Position numbers and translations under genes: made by a program | Assembly (NCBI GenBank): GCA_963739455.1 | Contig: CAVUAK010000001.1 | Location: 2,144,001 to 2,208,000 of the forward strand | Reading direction: 5' to 3' | From: an uncultured Gemmatimonadales bacterium | Lineage (GTDB): Bacteria; Gemmatimonadota; Gemmatimonadetes; Gemmatimonadales; GWC2-71-9 | DNA length: 64,000 nucleotides | In this document: in pieces, positions 8,298 through 17,569 of the stretch | How the letters are laid out: each line of letters starts with the position of its first letter | Numbering within the stretch: the first letter of the stretch is position 1 | Notes under the pieces: model-generated | Seen by the model: only the letters and a program-made list of their open reading frames with translations | Database searches by the model: none | Told to the model about the DNA's origin: nothing

Positions 8298-9827
8298 TTA
8301 GTGCCTGAACATCCGTGTGCCCGTCACGACCATCGCCATGCCCAGCCGATTGGCCGCCGCAATCACCTCGGGGTCGCGTACTGAACCACCGGGCTGAATG
8401 ATCGCCGTGATGCCTGCTGCCGCTGCTTCCTCGACGCCGTCGGCGAAGGGGAAGAACCCGTCGGACGCGAGCACGCTGCCGGCGGGATCGTGCCCGGCGC
8501 CGCGTGCCTTGTGAATAGCGAGGAAGACGCTGTCCACGCGGCTCATCTGCCCGGCGCCGATGCCGATCGCCTGCTCACCGCGCGCGAGGAGGATCGCATT
8601 GGACTTGACCGACGCGATGGCTGGCCACGCGAAGCGGAGCCCGTCCCATTCGAGATCGGTCGGGGCGCGCTCGGTGGGAACCGTCCAGCCGGTCTCATCG
8701 GGATCGAGCACCAGCCGGTCCTGCACGAGGAATCCGCCGCGCACCCGCTTGAAGTCGAGTGTGCCGATGCCGGTGCTGATGGGAAGCTCGATGATGCGAA
8801 GGTTCTTCTTGCCGGCGAGCACCTGCATGGCGTCGTCGTGAAACGATGGCGCCACGACCACCTCGAGGAAGAGGTCCTTCATCGCCAGGGCCGCCTCGCG
8901 GGTCACCACGGTGTTGAAGGCCACGATGCCACCGAACGCCGACACGGGATCGCAGGCGCGGGCACGATCGAAGGCCTCCTGCGGCGTCGTGCCGAGCGCC
9001 ACGCCACACGGCGTGGTGTGCTTCACGATGCAGCAGGCGACGCGCGTGCTCCAGCAGGAGACGGCCCACATCGCGGCGTCGATATCGAGCAGGTTGTTGA
9101 AGGAGAGTTCCTTCCCCTGCCGCTGGGCGAGGTCGCGGGTACCGCGCGGTTCCTCGGTGACGTAGAGCGCGGCGCGCTGACCGGGGTTCTCGCCATACCG
9201 CAGCGACATCAGCCGCTCCATGGTCAGGCTGAGGCGACCTGGCAGGCCTTCCTCCACCGGGGTGAGGAAGCGGGCGATGGCGCCGTCATAGTCGGAGAGG
9301 TGCGCGAACACCTTGGCGGCGAGCTCACGCCGAGCCACCGGGTCCACGCCACCCTCGCGCAGCTTGTGCAGCACGATGGGATAGTCGAGCGGGTCGGCGA
9401 CGACGATGACCTGGGTGTGGTTCTTCGCGGCAGACCGGAGCATCGAGGGGCCGCCGATATCGATGTTCTCCACCGCATCGTCGAAGGCCACGCCCGGCTC
9501 GGCCACCGTCTGCTGGAAGGGATAGAGGTTGACCGCGACGAGGTCGATCGGCTGGATGCCGTGCTTCGCGATGGCTGCGCGATGCTCGGGAAGGTCGCGC
9601 CGCGCCAGGATGCCGCCGTGCACGGCGGGGTGCAGGGTCTTCACCCGCCCGTCGAGCATCTCGGGGAAGGCAGTGACCTGCTCGATCCCGATGACGGGAA
9701 TCCCCGCCTCCCGGAATGCCGCCGCCGTGCCGCCGGTGGAGATGATCTCCCAGCCGAGCTCGACCAGGCCCTGGGCGAAGGCAATGGCTCCGCGCTTGTC
9801 GCTGACGGAAATGAGGGCGCGAGGCAT
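8298..9827 (-). CDS. purH: Bifunctional AICAR transformylase / IMP cyclohydrolase
   Basis: RALISVSDK, GRVKTLHP, IDIGGPSMLRSAAKNH, LRYGENP, ASDGFFPF and TRMFRH motifs. Confidence 0.98.
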   Translation of the reverse strand: MPRALISVSDKRGAIAFAQGLVELGWEIISTGGTAAAFREAGIPVIGIEQVTAFPEMLDGRVKTLHPAVHGGILARRDLPEHRAAIAKHGIQPIDLVAVNLYPFQQTVAEPGVAFDDAVENIDIGGPSMLRSAAKNHTQVIVVADPLDYPIVLHKLREGGVDPVARRELAAKVFAHLSDYDGAIARFLTPVEEGLPGRLSLTMERLMSLRYGENPGQRAALYVTEEPRGTRDLAQRQGKELSFNNLLDIDAAMWAVSCWSTRVACCIVKHTTPCGVALGTTPQEAFDRARACDPVSAFGGIVAFNTVVTREAALAMKDLFLEVVVAPSFHDDAMQVLAGKKNLRIIELPISTGIGTLDFKRVRGGFLVQDRLVLDPDETGWTVPTERAPTDLEWDGLRFAWPAIASVKSNAILLARGEQAIGIGAGQMSRVDSVFLAIHKARGAGHDPAGSVLASDGFFPFADGVEEAAAAGITAIIQPGGSVRDPEVIAAANRLGMAMVVTGTRMFRH

Positions 9828-9853
9828 GGGCCTAGTGTGAGGCGAGTAAGGGT

Positions 9854-10435
9854 TCAATCACGACGGGGAAGTCCCGCGCGCGCGGTGGCGAGCACGACCG
9901 CGGGCAGCAGCCGGTGCTCCTGTTCCAGTACCCGCGAGGCCAGGATCTGGGCGGTGTCGCCGGGGAGGACGGGCACACGTGCCTGGGCCAGGATCATTCC
10001 GCGATCGTACTCCTCTTCCACCAGGTGCACGGTGCAGCCGGTCTCGGCGGCACCGCTCGCAAGGACGGCCTCGTGCACGCGGATCCCGTACATGCCCTTC
10101 CCGCCAAAGTCGGGAAGCAATGCCGGGTGCACGTTGATGATGCGGCCGCGATAGCGCGCGATGACCGCGGGCGGCACCAGCTTGAGAAAACCGGCCAGGA
10201 CGAGCAGGTCCACCGACTCTGCCTCGAGTGCGTCGATCCATTCGGCGGCGCTGCGCCAGTCCTTGAGCGCCACGGCGGTGACCTTCCGCTGCCGCGCCAG
10301 GTCGAGAGCAGGGGCTTCCGCGCGGTCGCTGAGCACCAGGACAACCGTTGCTTCGTCGCCGTTTCCGAGGCTCTTGAAGAGCGCTTCGAGATTGCTGCCC
10401 CGCCCCGAAACCGCTACCGCAACCCGCATTGGCAT
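9854..10435 (-). CDS. purN: Phosphoribosylglycinamide formyltransferase
   Basis: VSGRGSNL, LAGFLK, INVHPALLP and GCTVHLV..EYDRG motifs. Confidence 0.97.
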   Translation of the reverse strand: MPMRVAVAVSGRGSNLEALFKSLGNGDEATVVLVLSDRAEAPALDLARQRKVTAVALKDWRSAAEWIDALEAESVDLLVLAGFLKLVPPAVIARYRGRIINVHPALLPDFGGKGMYGIRVHEAVLASGAAETGCTVHLVEEEYDRGMILAQARVPVLPGDTAQILASRVLEQEHRLLPAVVLATARAGLPRRD

Positions 10436-10643
10436 GGCGGAAGAAGGTAACCGACGGACCCTCGTTCGCCTAGCCGACGGCGGGCCCGTCGCGGGGCCGC
10501 CTGAAACGTGCAAGCTCAAGCGGCAGAAGGGCCTAGGGGTTGGGTGTCCGGCGGGGCGTCGGGCCGGTGCCGAGATCGGTACGAACGTTGCCTTGCTTGG
10601 CTCCGACAGTCACGTCAAGCCACACCTACGCAGCGAGGACACA

Positions 10644-11498
10644 ATGTTCGCATCGAGGTTCCGGCGGTTCGGCGCCGGACTCGCGCTCAGCGCAGTCGCG
10701 GTGCTTGCCGGTTGTGACACGCCGGAACCACTTGCCACGACGTCTGGATCGATCTCAAACCTCGTCACCAATGTCTCGGTGCGTGGCGGCACGGTGGCGG
10801 GCGTGATGCAGGAGGGTGTGGTGCCGACGGGAACGCTTGGACCGACGGCGTCGGTTGCCGGCATCACTGCGGCCGTCAACGGTGGCTCGGCGGCGATGGA
10901 TGTGGCGGGCTCGGGTGCCTACACGCGCCTGCTGGTCAGCGCGGCCGGAACAGACGACTACTACTCCGTGCCGCTGCCCAGCGAGAGCTCGCTGGAGAAT
11001 GTCGTCGTTTCGCTGTCGCCCGGCGTCAACGGGAGCCAGATGCGACTGCGCTACGCGCTGGAAGACGCCAACGGAGTCGGGCCACAGTTCGAGCAGACGC
11101 TCCGCATCGTTCATGCGGGCAGTGGCGACTTCCAGGCGAGCGTGGCATGGACCGGCGCGAGCGACCTCGACCTGCACGTCTTCGATCCGAGTGGCGAGGA
11201 AGTCGCCTATACCAATCCCACCGGCGCCTCGGGCGGCACGCTCGATATCGATTCGAACGCCGCCTGCCAGATCGACAATACCAACGTCGAGAACATCTTC
11301 TGGCCGCTCAATCGCGCGCCGACCGGTCAGTACCGGGTTGAACTCAACTACTACGATGACTGCAACGTTGCGCGCTCCGACTGGGTGGTGACGGTGCTGC
11401 GCAGGGGGCAAGCGCCCGCCGTGACAACGGGCAGCTTCTCCGGCGTAGTTGAGCCGGGGGTGACGCCGCCGGTGGTGATCGGGAACTTCATCTACTGA
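10644..11498 (+). CDS. Lipoprotein with YfaP/DUF2135-like C-terminal domain
   Basis: Lipobox LAGC; DLDLHVFDPSG...GGTLDIDSN...VENIFWP motif. Confidence 0.8.
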   Translation: MFASRFRRFGAGLALSAVAVLAGCDTPEPLATTSGSISNLVTNVSVRGGTVAGVMQEGVVPTGTLGPTASVAGITAAVNGGSAAMDVAGSGAYTRLLVSAAGTDDYYSVPLPSESSLENVVVSLSPGVNGSQMRLRYALEDANGVGPQFEQTLRIVHAGSGDFQASVAWTGASDLDLHVFDPSGEEVAYTNPTGASGGTLDIDSNAACQIDNTNVENIFWPLNRAPTGQYRVELNYYDDCNVARSDWVVTVLRRGQAPAVTTGSFSGVVEPGVTPPVVIGNFIY

Positions 11499-11525
11499 TC
11501 GCTCGTCGATCAGACTGAGACATAA

Positions 11526-11570
11526 ACGAGCCGGCGTGTCGCCTTCGGGCGCGCGTCGGCCTCGTGCTTT
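11526..11570 (+). terminator. Probable intrinsic terminator
   Basis: Long imperfect stem (ACGAG...CTCGT) with a TTCG tetraloop, followed by GCTTT. Confidence 0.55.
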
Positions 11571-11619
11571 CTGGGCGTTAGGCGTTGGGCGTTGGGCGTT
11601 GGGCGTTGGGCGTTGGGCG
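11571..11619. repeat. Heptamer tandem repeat (TTGGGCG)x7
   Basis: ctgggcg, ttaggcg, then five exact ttgggcg units. Confidence 0.95.
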
Positions 11620-11640
11620 TGAGGACTTGAAGTAACTGCA

Positions 11641-11665
11641 GTCATTCTGAGCGAAGCGAAGAATC
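11641..11665. repeat. Short palindromic extragenic element GTCATTCTGAGCGAAGCGAAGAATC
   Basis: ATTCT...AGAAT stem; resembles a widespread REP-like element from memory; single copy in this window. Confidence 0.55.
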
Positions 11666-11683
11666 GCCCTGCTACCTTCCATC

Positions 11684-12670
11684 ATGCTTCATATCCGCTG
11701 CGGTACCGACATCCTATGGAAGCTTGACGACGCCGGGATTCCCGGGCGCAAGCTGAGCTGGTCCGACCCGCTGTGCGAAGGGCCGGTGCCGAGCGCCGAC
11801 CGTGGCGCCCTGCGGCCCATCCGCGCCGACTGGCTGGCGCGGCACTACGGAATCGAGCGCGATTCCGACCTCAAGGAACTCACCGACGCTGATGCGGTGG
11901 TGGACGCCGCAGGGAGCCAGGACGAGGTGGTGCTCTGGTTCGAGGCGGACCTCTTCGACCAGGCCATCCTGCTGCACCTGCTGCCGCGTGTCGCGGATGC
12001 ATGTGGCACGTCCACGCGGCTCTCCCTGGTGACGCTGCACGAGTATCCAGGCATGAAGCGATTCATCGGGTTGGGGCAGCTCACTGCGGCGCAGCTTGCA
12101 GAGCTCTTCGTCCGACGCGTGCCAGTCTCTCCCGAGATGACGGCCGCTGCGCGAGAGGCCTGGACCGCCTGGGTTCACCCGACGCCGGAGCTGCTGGCCG
12201 GGATCGCGTCGCATGCCACGAGTCCAATGACCTACCTGCCTGCCGCCACTCGACGCCTGCTCGAGGAGCTTCCCGACTCGCGCACGGGCCTGAGCCGGAT
12301 CGAGCGACAGGGACTCGAAGCGGTTGCGGGGAAGGCGCCGTCGCTCCATGCGGCGTTCGCGGCATCACAGGACGCGGAGGAGCGCCCCTGGCAGGGAGAC
12401 TCCATGTTTTTCGCGGTGATGTGGGAGCTGACCCAGGGAGCGGTGCCGCTGCTCGCGGCGGATGGCGGATGGCCGACGCTTTCTGATGGCCGTCGAAACC
12501 CGAAGCTCTCGCTGACGGCGAAGGGGCGGGCAGTACTTCAGGGCGATATGGACTACTGGAGCGCGGCTGGACGGGAGCGCTGGGTTGGCGGCACGCGCCT
12601 CGGCACAGGCGCCGCGAATTGGCGCTGGGACTCCTCGATCAATGCCCCCCGCCGCGCGGAGACGCGCTAG
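11684..12670 (+). CDS. DUF1835 domain-containing protein
   Basis: MLHIRCG, WSDPLCEGPV, EVVLWFEADLFDQ and GLGQL motifs. Confidence 0.8.
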   Translation: MLHIRCGTDILWKLDDAGIPGRKLSWSDPLCEGPVPSADRGALRPIRADWLARHYGIERDSDLKELTDADAVVDAAGSQDEVVLWFEADLFDQAILLHLLPRVADACGTSTRLSLVTLHEYPGMKRFIGLGQLTAAQLAELFVRRVPVSPEMTAAAREAWTAWVHPTPELLAGIASHATSPMTYLPAATRRLLEELPDSRTGLSRIERQGLEAVAGKAPSLHAAFAASQDAEERPWQGDSMFFAVMWELTQGAVPLLAADGGWPTLSDGRRNPKLSLTAKGRAVLQGDMDYWSAAGRERWVGGTRLGTGAANWRWDSSINAPRRAETR

Positions 12671-13212
12671 CGCGTAGACAGTGCGCGCGCAACAGCAGTA
12701 CCCAGGTCTGCCACCTGCTCGAACCCCGCCTCCGTAATGGCCGTGTCTTCCGTGCGCGCTCCCGTCAACACATGCAGGGCACGGCCCCCGAGCGCCCGGG
12801 CCGGCGAGAGATCGCGCAGCCGGTCTCCAATGAACCAGCTCTGGACCGGGTCAGCGCCTAACCTCGCAATGGCTTCGCGATACAACTTGAGGCCCGGCTT
12901 CCGGCACTCGCAGGGACCGCTGATGGGAGGGAAGTGCGGGCAATGGAGCTGGAGGTCGAGGCGGGCACCGGTGGCGGCGAGCTGCCGCTCGAGCTCGCGC
13001 GCCACCAGCTGGTAGTCTCCCTCTGAAATGATGCCGCGTGCGATGCCGGACTGGTTCGTGACCACAACGACGAGCCATCCGGCGGCATTGGCCCGCGCCA
13101 CCGACTCCGCCGCGCCAGGGAACAGGACCACTTCATTCGGGCTGCGGACGAAATCGGTATCGACGATCAGCGTGCCATCGCGATCGAGGAAAAGGGCGGG
13201 CCTGGTGCTCAC
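12667..13212 (-). CDS. gmhB: D,D-heptose 1,7-bisphosphate phosphatase (HAD-IIIA)
   Basis: ALFLDRDGTL, VTNQSGIARG, CPH...CECRKPG and IGDRLRD motifs. Confidence 0.88.
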   Translation of the reverse strand: MSTRPALFLDRDGTLIVDTDFVRSPNEVVLFPGAAESVARANAAGWLVVVVTNQSGIARGIISEGDYQLVARELERQLAATGARLDLQLHCPHFPPISGPCECRKPGLKLYREAIARLGADPVQSWFIGDRLRDLSPARALGGRALHVLTGARTEDTAITEAGFEQVADLGTAVARALSTR

Positions 13213-13664
13213 ACCGGGACGGCCTGGGACGCGAGATACTCCGAGCGGCGGCGATTCATTTCCTCTGGGGCGACATCCTCTACGTGCGTGGCGATCCACC
13301 ACTGGTTACCAGCCTGGTCGGCAACCCCGCCCATACGATCGCCGTAGAACTGGTCGGCCGGTTCCATGAGCGACGTCGCGCCGGCAGCGATAGCGCGCTT
13401 GAAGCTGGTGTCGCAATCGGGCAAGTAGAGGAAGATGGCGCACGGCATCGGCTTCCACTGCTCCGTGGCCTCGGCCATCATGATGCGCGAATTACCGATC
13501 TGGAGCTCGGTATGCATGATGGTGCCGTCGGGGCGCAGCATCGGTGGTATCGTCGACTTCGCGTCGAACACCGTCTCCAGGAAAGCGATCGTGGCCGGAA
13601 GGCCCGAGACGATGAGGTACGGCGTAATGGTGTGGTAACCGGGGGGAATGGGCTGGACTGGCAT
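13209..13664 (-). CDS. VOC / glyoxalase family protein (PhnB-like)
   Basis: PPGYHTITPYL, IMHTELQIGNSRIM and DQFYGDRMGGVADQAGNQWWIATH motifs. Confidence 0.92.
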   Translation of the reverse strand: MPVQPIPPGYHTITPYLIVSGLPATIAFLETVFDAKSTIPPMLRPDGTIMHTELQIGNSRIMMAEATEQWKPMPCAIFLYLPDCDTSFKRAIAAGATSLMEPADQFYGDRMGGVADQAGNQWWIATHVEDVAPEEMNRRRSEYLASQAVPV

Positions 13665-13794
13665 AGCGGACTCCGGAGTTTGGCGTGAAGCGACAGGCAC
13701 AACGGTCATCCCTCAGCGCCGGATACGATACCGAACAAATCCCGAACACACAAGACCCGGCACGTCGAACTCGCGCCGGGATGCCCACCCCACA

Positions 13795-14028
13795 CTAGAC
13801 GTGATCGGCGATCCCGTGCACGCCGTGATCCCGGGCGCAGTGGGCGCAGCAATAGAAGATCCCTTTCGCCTCGATGCCGTGGCCGATGATCCTGCAGCCG
13901 CAGTGTGCGCACTCCGGGGCGAGCTTGTGAATTGCGCACTCGAAGCTGTCGAAGGTGTGCGTCTGGCCGCCTGCGATCACCTGGAACGCGAGGTGGTAGT
14001 CGTTTCCGCACACGTCACACTGCGCCAT
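13795..14028 (-). CDS. Small Cys/His-rich metal-binding protein (metallothionein-like)
   Basis: CDVC, FDSFECAIH, CAHCGC and YCCAHCA; GAGGAGG RBS. Confidence 0.82.
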   Translation of the reverse strand: MAQCDVCGNDYHLAFQVIAGGQTHTFDSFECAIHKLAPECAHCGCRIIGHGIEAKGIFYCCAHCARDHGVHGIADHV

Positions 14029-14096
14029 GGGTCCTCCTCGTAGGGGTCTGACATAGCTACCCCGGGCGGCGAGGCCAGATACTCGCCGGAGGCTCC

Positions 14097-14750
14097 TCAG
14101 CTGCCGAGTGCGTAGTATCGGTCAGCCAGGGCGGTCCATGGTATGGTCAGCCAACCGATCAGCGCGAACCAGCCGATTGCCCGCTCGCTTGGCGGTGGCG
14201 GTGACAACGGCCCGGCCAACCACATGGCCGTGCTTACCAGTATGAACGACCAGAGGGCAACAGGCCCTACCCACCGCGTCGCCTGGCGCGGGCCGAGATA
14301 GAGCAGAATGCCCACAAGCCAAAGTGCACCCTCGACGGCAATGGTGACGCCGATCGAGTTCCACATGCCGAGTCCGAAGCGCGGTGAGTCGCCCGGCCAC
14401 AGCGGCATGTCGGGAGCGTGGGTGAAGAAATCGAGCAGCCAGTGGCTCATCACCAACAGTGCGAGCAACAGTGCGGTCCGGGGTGCGATCCCGCGCCAGC
14501 GCGCGATCCCGGCCAGGATGCCTCCCCACGCGGCCGCCATGAGCAGGCTGTGCGACCAGGGATACGAGTCGAAGACCAGTGGCGTGAAGGCGGTGGCGCC
14601 GGGCGCGATGCTGACGTGCTCGAGCCCGAGTAGCACGAAGATCGGCCACACGAGGTCGAGCGTGGTCACCGCTGCGACGTACCAGCCGAGCGAGGGCGTG
14701 GGATCCAGCCTCTTGCTGGCGAAGGCGAGTGCGAGGTGGCCGACGAACAT
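14097..14750 (-). CDS. Membrane-bound metal-dependent hydrolase
   Basis: MFVGH, YPWSHSL and SHWLLDFFTH.PD motifs. Confidence 0.82.
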   Translation of the reverse strand: MFVGHLALAFASKRLDPTPSLGWYVAAVTTLDLVWPIFVLLGLEHVSIAPGATAFTPLVFDSYPWSHSLLMAAAWGGILAGIARWRGIAPRTALLLALLVMSHWLLDFFTHAPDMPLWPGDSPRFGLGMWNSIGVTIAVEGALWLVGILLYLGPRQATRWVGPVALWSFILVSTAMWLAGPLSPPPPSERAIGWFALIGWLTIPWTALADRYYALGS

Positions 14751-14753
14751 GGA

Positions 14754-15047
14754 TCAGCCCCTGTCGTGGGTGTCGCGCGTGTTGAGCCAATAGTAGAACG
14801 GCAGGCTGAACCCGAGCCCGCCAAGGAACGAGAACGCGACGAACCATGGCCAGCGGAAGCGACCGACGGGATGGCGCGCGAAGTAGACCGTCAGGACAAT
14901 CAGGGCGAGCAGCGCATCAAGAATGAAGCCGAGTGCCAGCTTGTCCTGCAGCACGGCGCCAAGTCCCTGGTACTCGACGAAAAGCCAGTAGAGAAAGAGT
15001 CCGTTCGGGACGAGCAAGCCGAATAGAGCGACGAGCAGCAGCCACAT
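14754..15047 (-). CDS. Small 3-TM membrane protein (DUF2834-like)
   Basis: Three hydrophobic helices; C-terminal GLGFSLPFYYW. Confidence 0.65.
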   Translation of the reverse strand: MWLLLVALFGLLVPNGLFLYWLFVEYQGLGAVLQDKLALGFILDALLALIVLTVYFARHPVGRFRWPWFVAFSFLGGLGFSLPFYYWLNTRDTHDRG

Positions 15048-15078
15048 GGTCAGGTACCTGCCAGTTCAGGAGTCATCG

Positions 15079-16425
15079 TCAGGTGTATTGCCGCAGCAAG
15101 TCATCGACCTCGCCGTAGCCCGAAGGAAATGCCACGCTGCCAGGCGAAGCACCCGCGGCGAGCAGTACCGCCACCGACTCCGGGGTTCGCCGCTCCGTCC
15201 AAAAGGAATCCACGCACGCCTTGACCGCCAGTACAAGCGGCGTGCGATTCTTCCCGTCTCGCACGTCGACTGGAGCGCCGCGTGCGATGAGCAGCTTCAC
15301 CGTGTCGTGTCGCATGCGCCACGCGGCGACATGCAGCGCCGTACTCCCCGGTGCCACGTCCCAGTACCCATCGCCGTGCTCGAATACCGCCCCCGGCTTC
15401 ACGCCAAGGTCGAGCAGGAGGCCGACGCCGCCTGTGTTACCATTGCCCGCAAACTCGGCGATCAGTTTCCCGCCCATTGCCTGCACCTCGCCCATGAGGC
15501 TCGGCTCGCGCTCCAGGATGGTGGCGACTTCTTTCGCGTCGTTGCGTGCACAGGCGGCGATGAGCTGATCGATACCAGTAAGCGGTACGGAGAGCCCTCG
15601 CGGCCCAAACAACTCGAGCAGGTCACCACGTCCGCGCCGGGCTGCCATGGCATAGGCGGTGACCCCCTCCTGGGTTCGCGATGGATCAGCGCCATGATCG
15701 AGCAAGAGGGCGATGATCTCGAGACGGTTGTCGCGCTCGATCGCATGATGGAGCGGCGTGAAGCCCCAGCGACCCTGGTGGTTGGGGTCGGCGCCGCGCG
15801 CGAGCAGGTACGCGGCGCCGTCGAGGTCGTGCCAGTCATGCTTCCGGATGAGCATCATGACCAGATTCTCGGCGGTGACCTTTCCACTCTCGACCAGGGC
15901 CTTCAGCGCGTCGTTGTCGTAGCTCTCCGGTGAGTGGTACGGTGTCTCGTCATCGTTCGGGTCGGCGCCTCGCTCGAGGAGCAGCCGCGTGAGTGCCCCG
16001 TGGTGCGCGATCCCGGCTGCACCGTAGAGCACGCTTTCAAAGGTGGGCTTCGGCTGGTGAGACGGTTCGAACCATCCACTGTTCGGGTCAGCGCCGGCGT
16101 CGAGCAGTGCGGTGGCTGCACGCACGAAACCGTCCGACCGTTCGTGATCCAGCTTCAGGTAGCGGGAGAAGGCGAGCCAGGTGAGGGGATCCCAGTCGTA
16201 GGGGCCGCCCCTGGCCGTTGCCAAGGCAGGGTTCGCGGCGAGTTCCCGGCGAAGCGCCGAGTCGTCACCCAGGACCGCGGCGGTGAAGATGTCGCGCCCG
16301 ATGACGTCCGGGTGCGCCGCCCGCAGCGCTTCGGCGCGCTCGAGCGTGCCGTTCGCGTGCCCGCCTTCGCGCGGGGCCGTCGCTGCCCTCAGGAACTCCT
16401 GAACCGGATCAGTCGTGTGGGTCAT
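15079..16425 (-). CDS. Ankyrin repeat protein
   Basis: Repeated LL..GADPN, GFTPLHHA, TALHVAAW and RTPLVLA motifs. Confidence 0.9.
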   Translation of the reverse strand: MTHTTDPVQEFLRAATAPREGGHANGTLERAEALRAAHPDVIGRDIFTAAVLGDDSALRRELAANPALATARGGPYDWDPLTWLAFSRYLKLDHERSDGFVRAATALLDAGADPNSGWFEPSHQPKPTFESVLYGAAGIAHHGALTRLLLERGADPNDDETPYHSPESYDNDALKALVESGKVTAENLVMMLIRKHDWHDLDGAAYLLARGADPNHQGRWGFTPLHHAIERDNRLEIIALLLDHGADPSRTQEGVTAYAMAARRGRGDLLELFGPRGLSVPLTGIDQLIAACARNDAKEVATILEREPSLMGEVQAMGGKLIAEFAGNGNTGGVGLLLDLGVKPGAVFEHGDGYWDVAPGSTALHVAAWRMRHDTVKLLIARGAPVDVRDGKNRTPLVLAVKACVDSFWTERRTPESVAVLLAAGASPGSVAFPSGYGEVDDLLRQYT

Positions 16426-16451
16426 CCTGCCCCAAGTATGTAGTTTTGGAC

Positions 16452-17567
16452 ATGACAAACGCCACTGCTCCGGCGGCCGTCGCGGGCGCCGACCTCCTCT
16501 CCCTCGAGACACCCGTTCCCATCGTCGACCTCGACCGCCTCGAGGCGAACCTGGAGCGAATGGCCAGTTACACCGCGTCGCACGGGCTGGCGCTGCGGCC
16601 GCATGTGAAGACGCACAAGACACCATGGATCGCGGCACGGCAGGTGGCACTCGGTGCGGTTGGCCTTACCTGCGCCACGCCGCGCGAAGCCGAGGAGATG
16701 AGCGCGGTCGCGAGCGACATCCTGGTGGCGTACCCGCCGGTGGGGAGTGGCCGGCTGCGGCGCCTGGCGTCGCTGCCGCCAGGTGTACGGCTCACGGTGG
16801 CGCTCGACTCGGCGGGGGCGGTGCAGGGGCTGGCTGCTGCGGCGCGGACCGCGCACCGCCAGGTGGGAGTGTATGTCGAGCTGGACTTCGGCATGCGGCG
16901 CGTCGGCGTTGCCACGGCGGCGGAGGCAATCGACCTGGCACGCCTGGTCCAGCGCGAGCCCTCACTCGAGTTCCGTGGCATCGCGTTCTACCCGGGACAC
17001 ATCCGCGCCGGGGTGGACGCCCAAGATGAGGCAATCGCGCGCCTGCGCGCCGACGTCGTGGCGACCCGGGAAGCGTTCGCGCGTGCCGGCATCGAGGTGC
17101 CGGTGATCAGCGGCGGCTCTACGCCGACGGCGTGGCGCGCGCATGAAACGGGGGCCACTGAAGTGCGACCCGGCACTTACGCATTCAACGACCGCACCGC
17201 GGCGCAGATTGGTTCCTGCGACTGGGATGATTGTGCGCTCACGGTGCTGGCCACGGTGGTCAGTACCGCGGTACCGGGCCAGGCGGTCATCGACGCCGGG
17301 AGCAAGGCACTGGGGCGGGAGCCGCTCCGCGCGGAAGGAGATGGGTTCGGCGTGCTCATGGCGCACCCCGATGTCGTGGTGAAGGGACTGAGCGAGGAAC
17401 ACGGCCTGCTGGACCTGTCGCGCACCGACTGGCGGCCCTCGGTTGGCGAAGTGGTTCGCGTAGTGCCGAATCATGTGTGCATCGTGGTGCACCTCAACGA
17501 TCGTCTCATTGGCGTGCGGGGCGAGGTAGTGGAGCGGGACTGGCTCGTCGCTGCGCGCGGGCGCTGA
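16452..17567 (+). CDS. Fold-type III PLP enzyme (D-threonine aldolase / D-serine dehydratase-like)
   Basis: LRPHVKTHK, SGGSTPT, EVRPGTY.F.D, DAGSK, SEEHG and PNHVC motifs. Confidence 0.92.
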   Translation: MTNATAPAAVAGADLLSLETPVPIVDLDRLEANLERMASYTASHGLALRPHVKTHKTPWIAARQVALGAVGLTCATPREAEEMSAVASDILVAYPPVGSGRLRRLASLPPGVRLTVALDSAGAVQGLAAAARTAHRQVGVYVELDFGMRRVGVATAAEAIDLARLVQREPSLEFRGIAFYPGHIRAGVDAQDEAIARLRADVVATREAFARAGIEVPVISGGSTPTAWRAHETGATEVRPGTYAFNDRTAAQIGSCDWDDCALTVLATVVSTAVPGQAVIDAGSKALGREPLRAEGDGFGVLMAHPDVVVKGLSEEHGLLDLSRTDWRPSVGEVVRVVPNHVCIVVHLNDRLIGVRGEVVERDWLVAARGR

Positions 17568-17569
17568 AC

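Noticed and set aside
10436..10643. ZTP or purine riboswitch upstream of purN-purH
   Set aside because: Only generic GC hairpins are present, and I could not find the conserved aptamer elements by eye. An Infernal/Rfam scan would settle it.
11571..11619. Tandem arrays as CRISPR
   Set aside because: The units are 7-8 nt with no spacers, and no cas genes are present.
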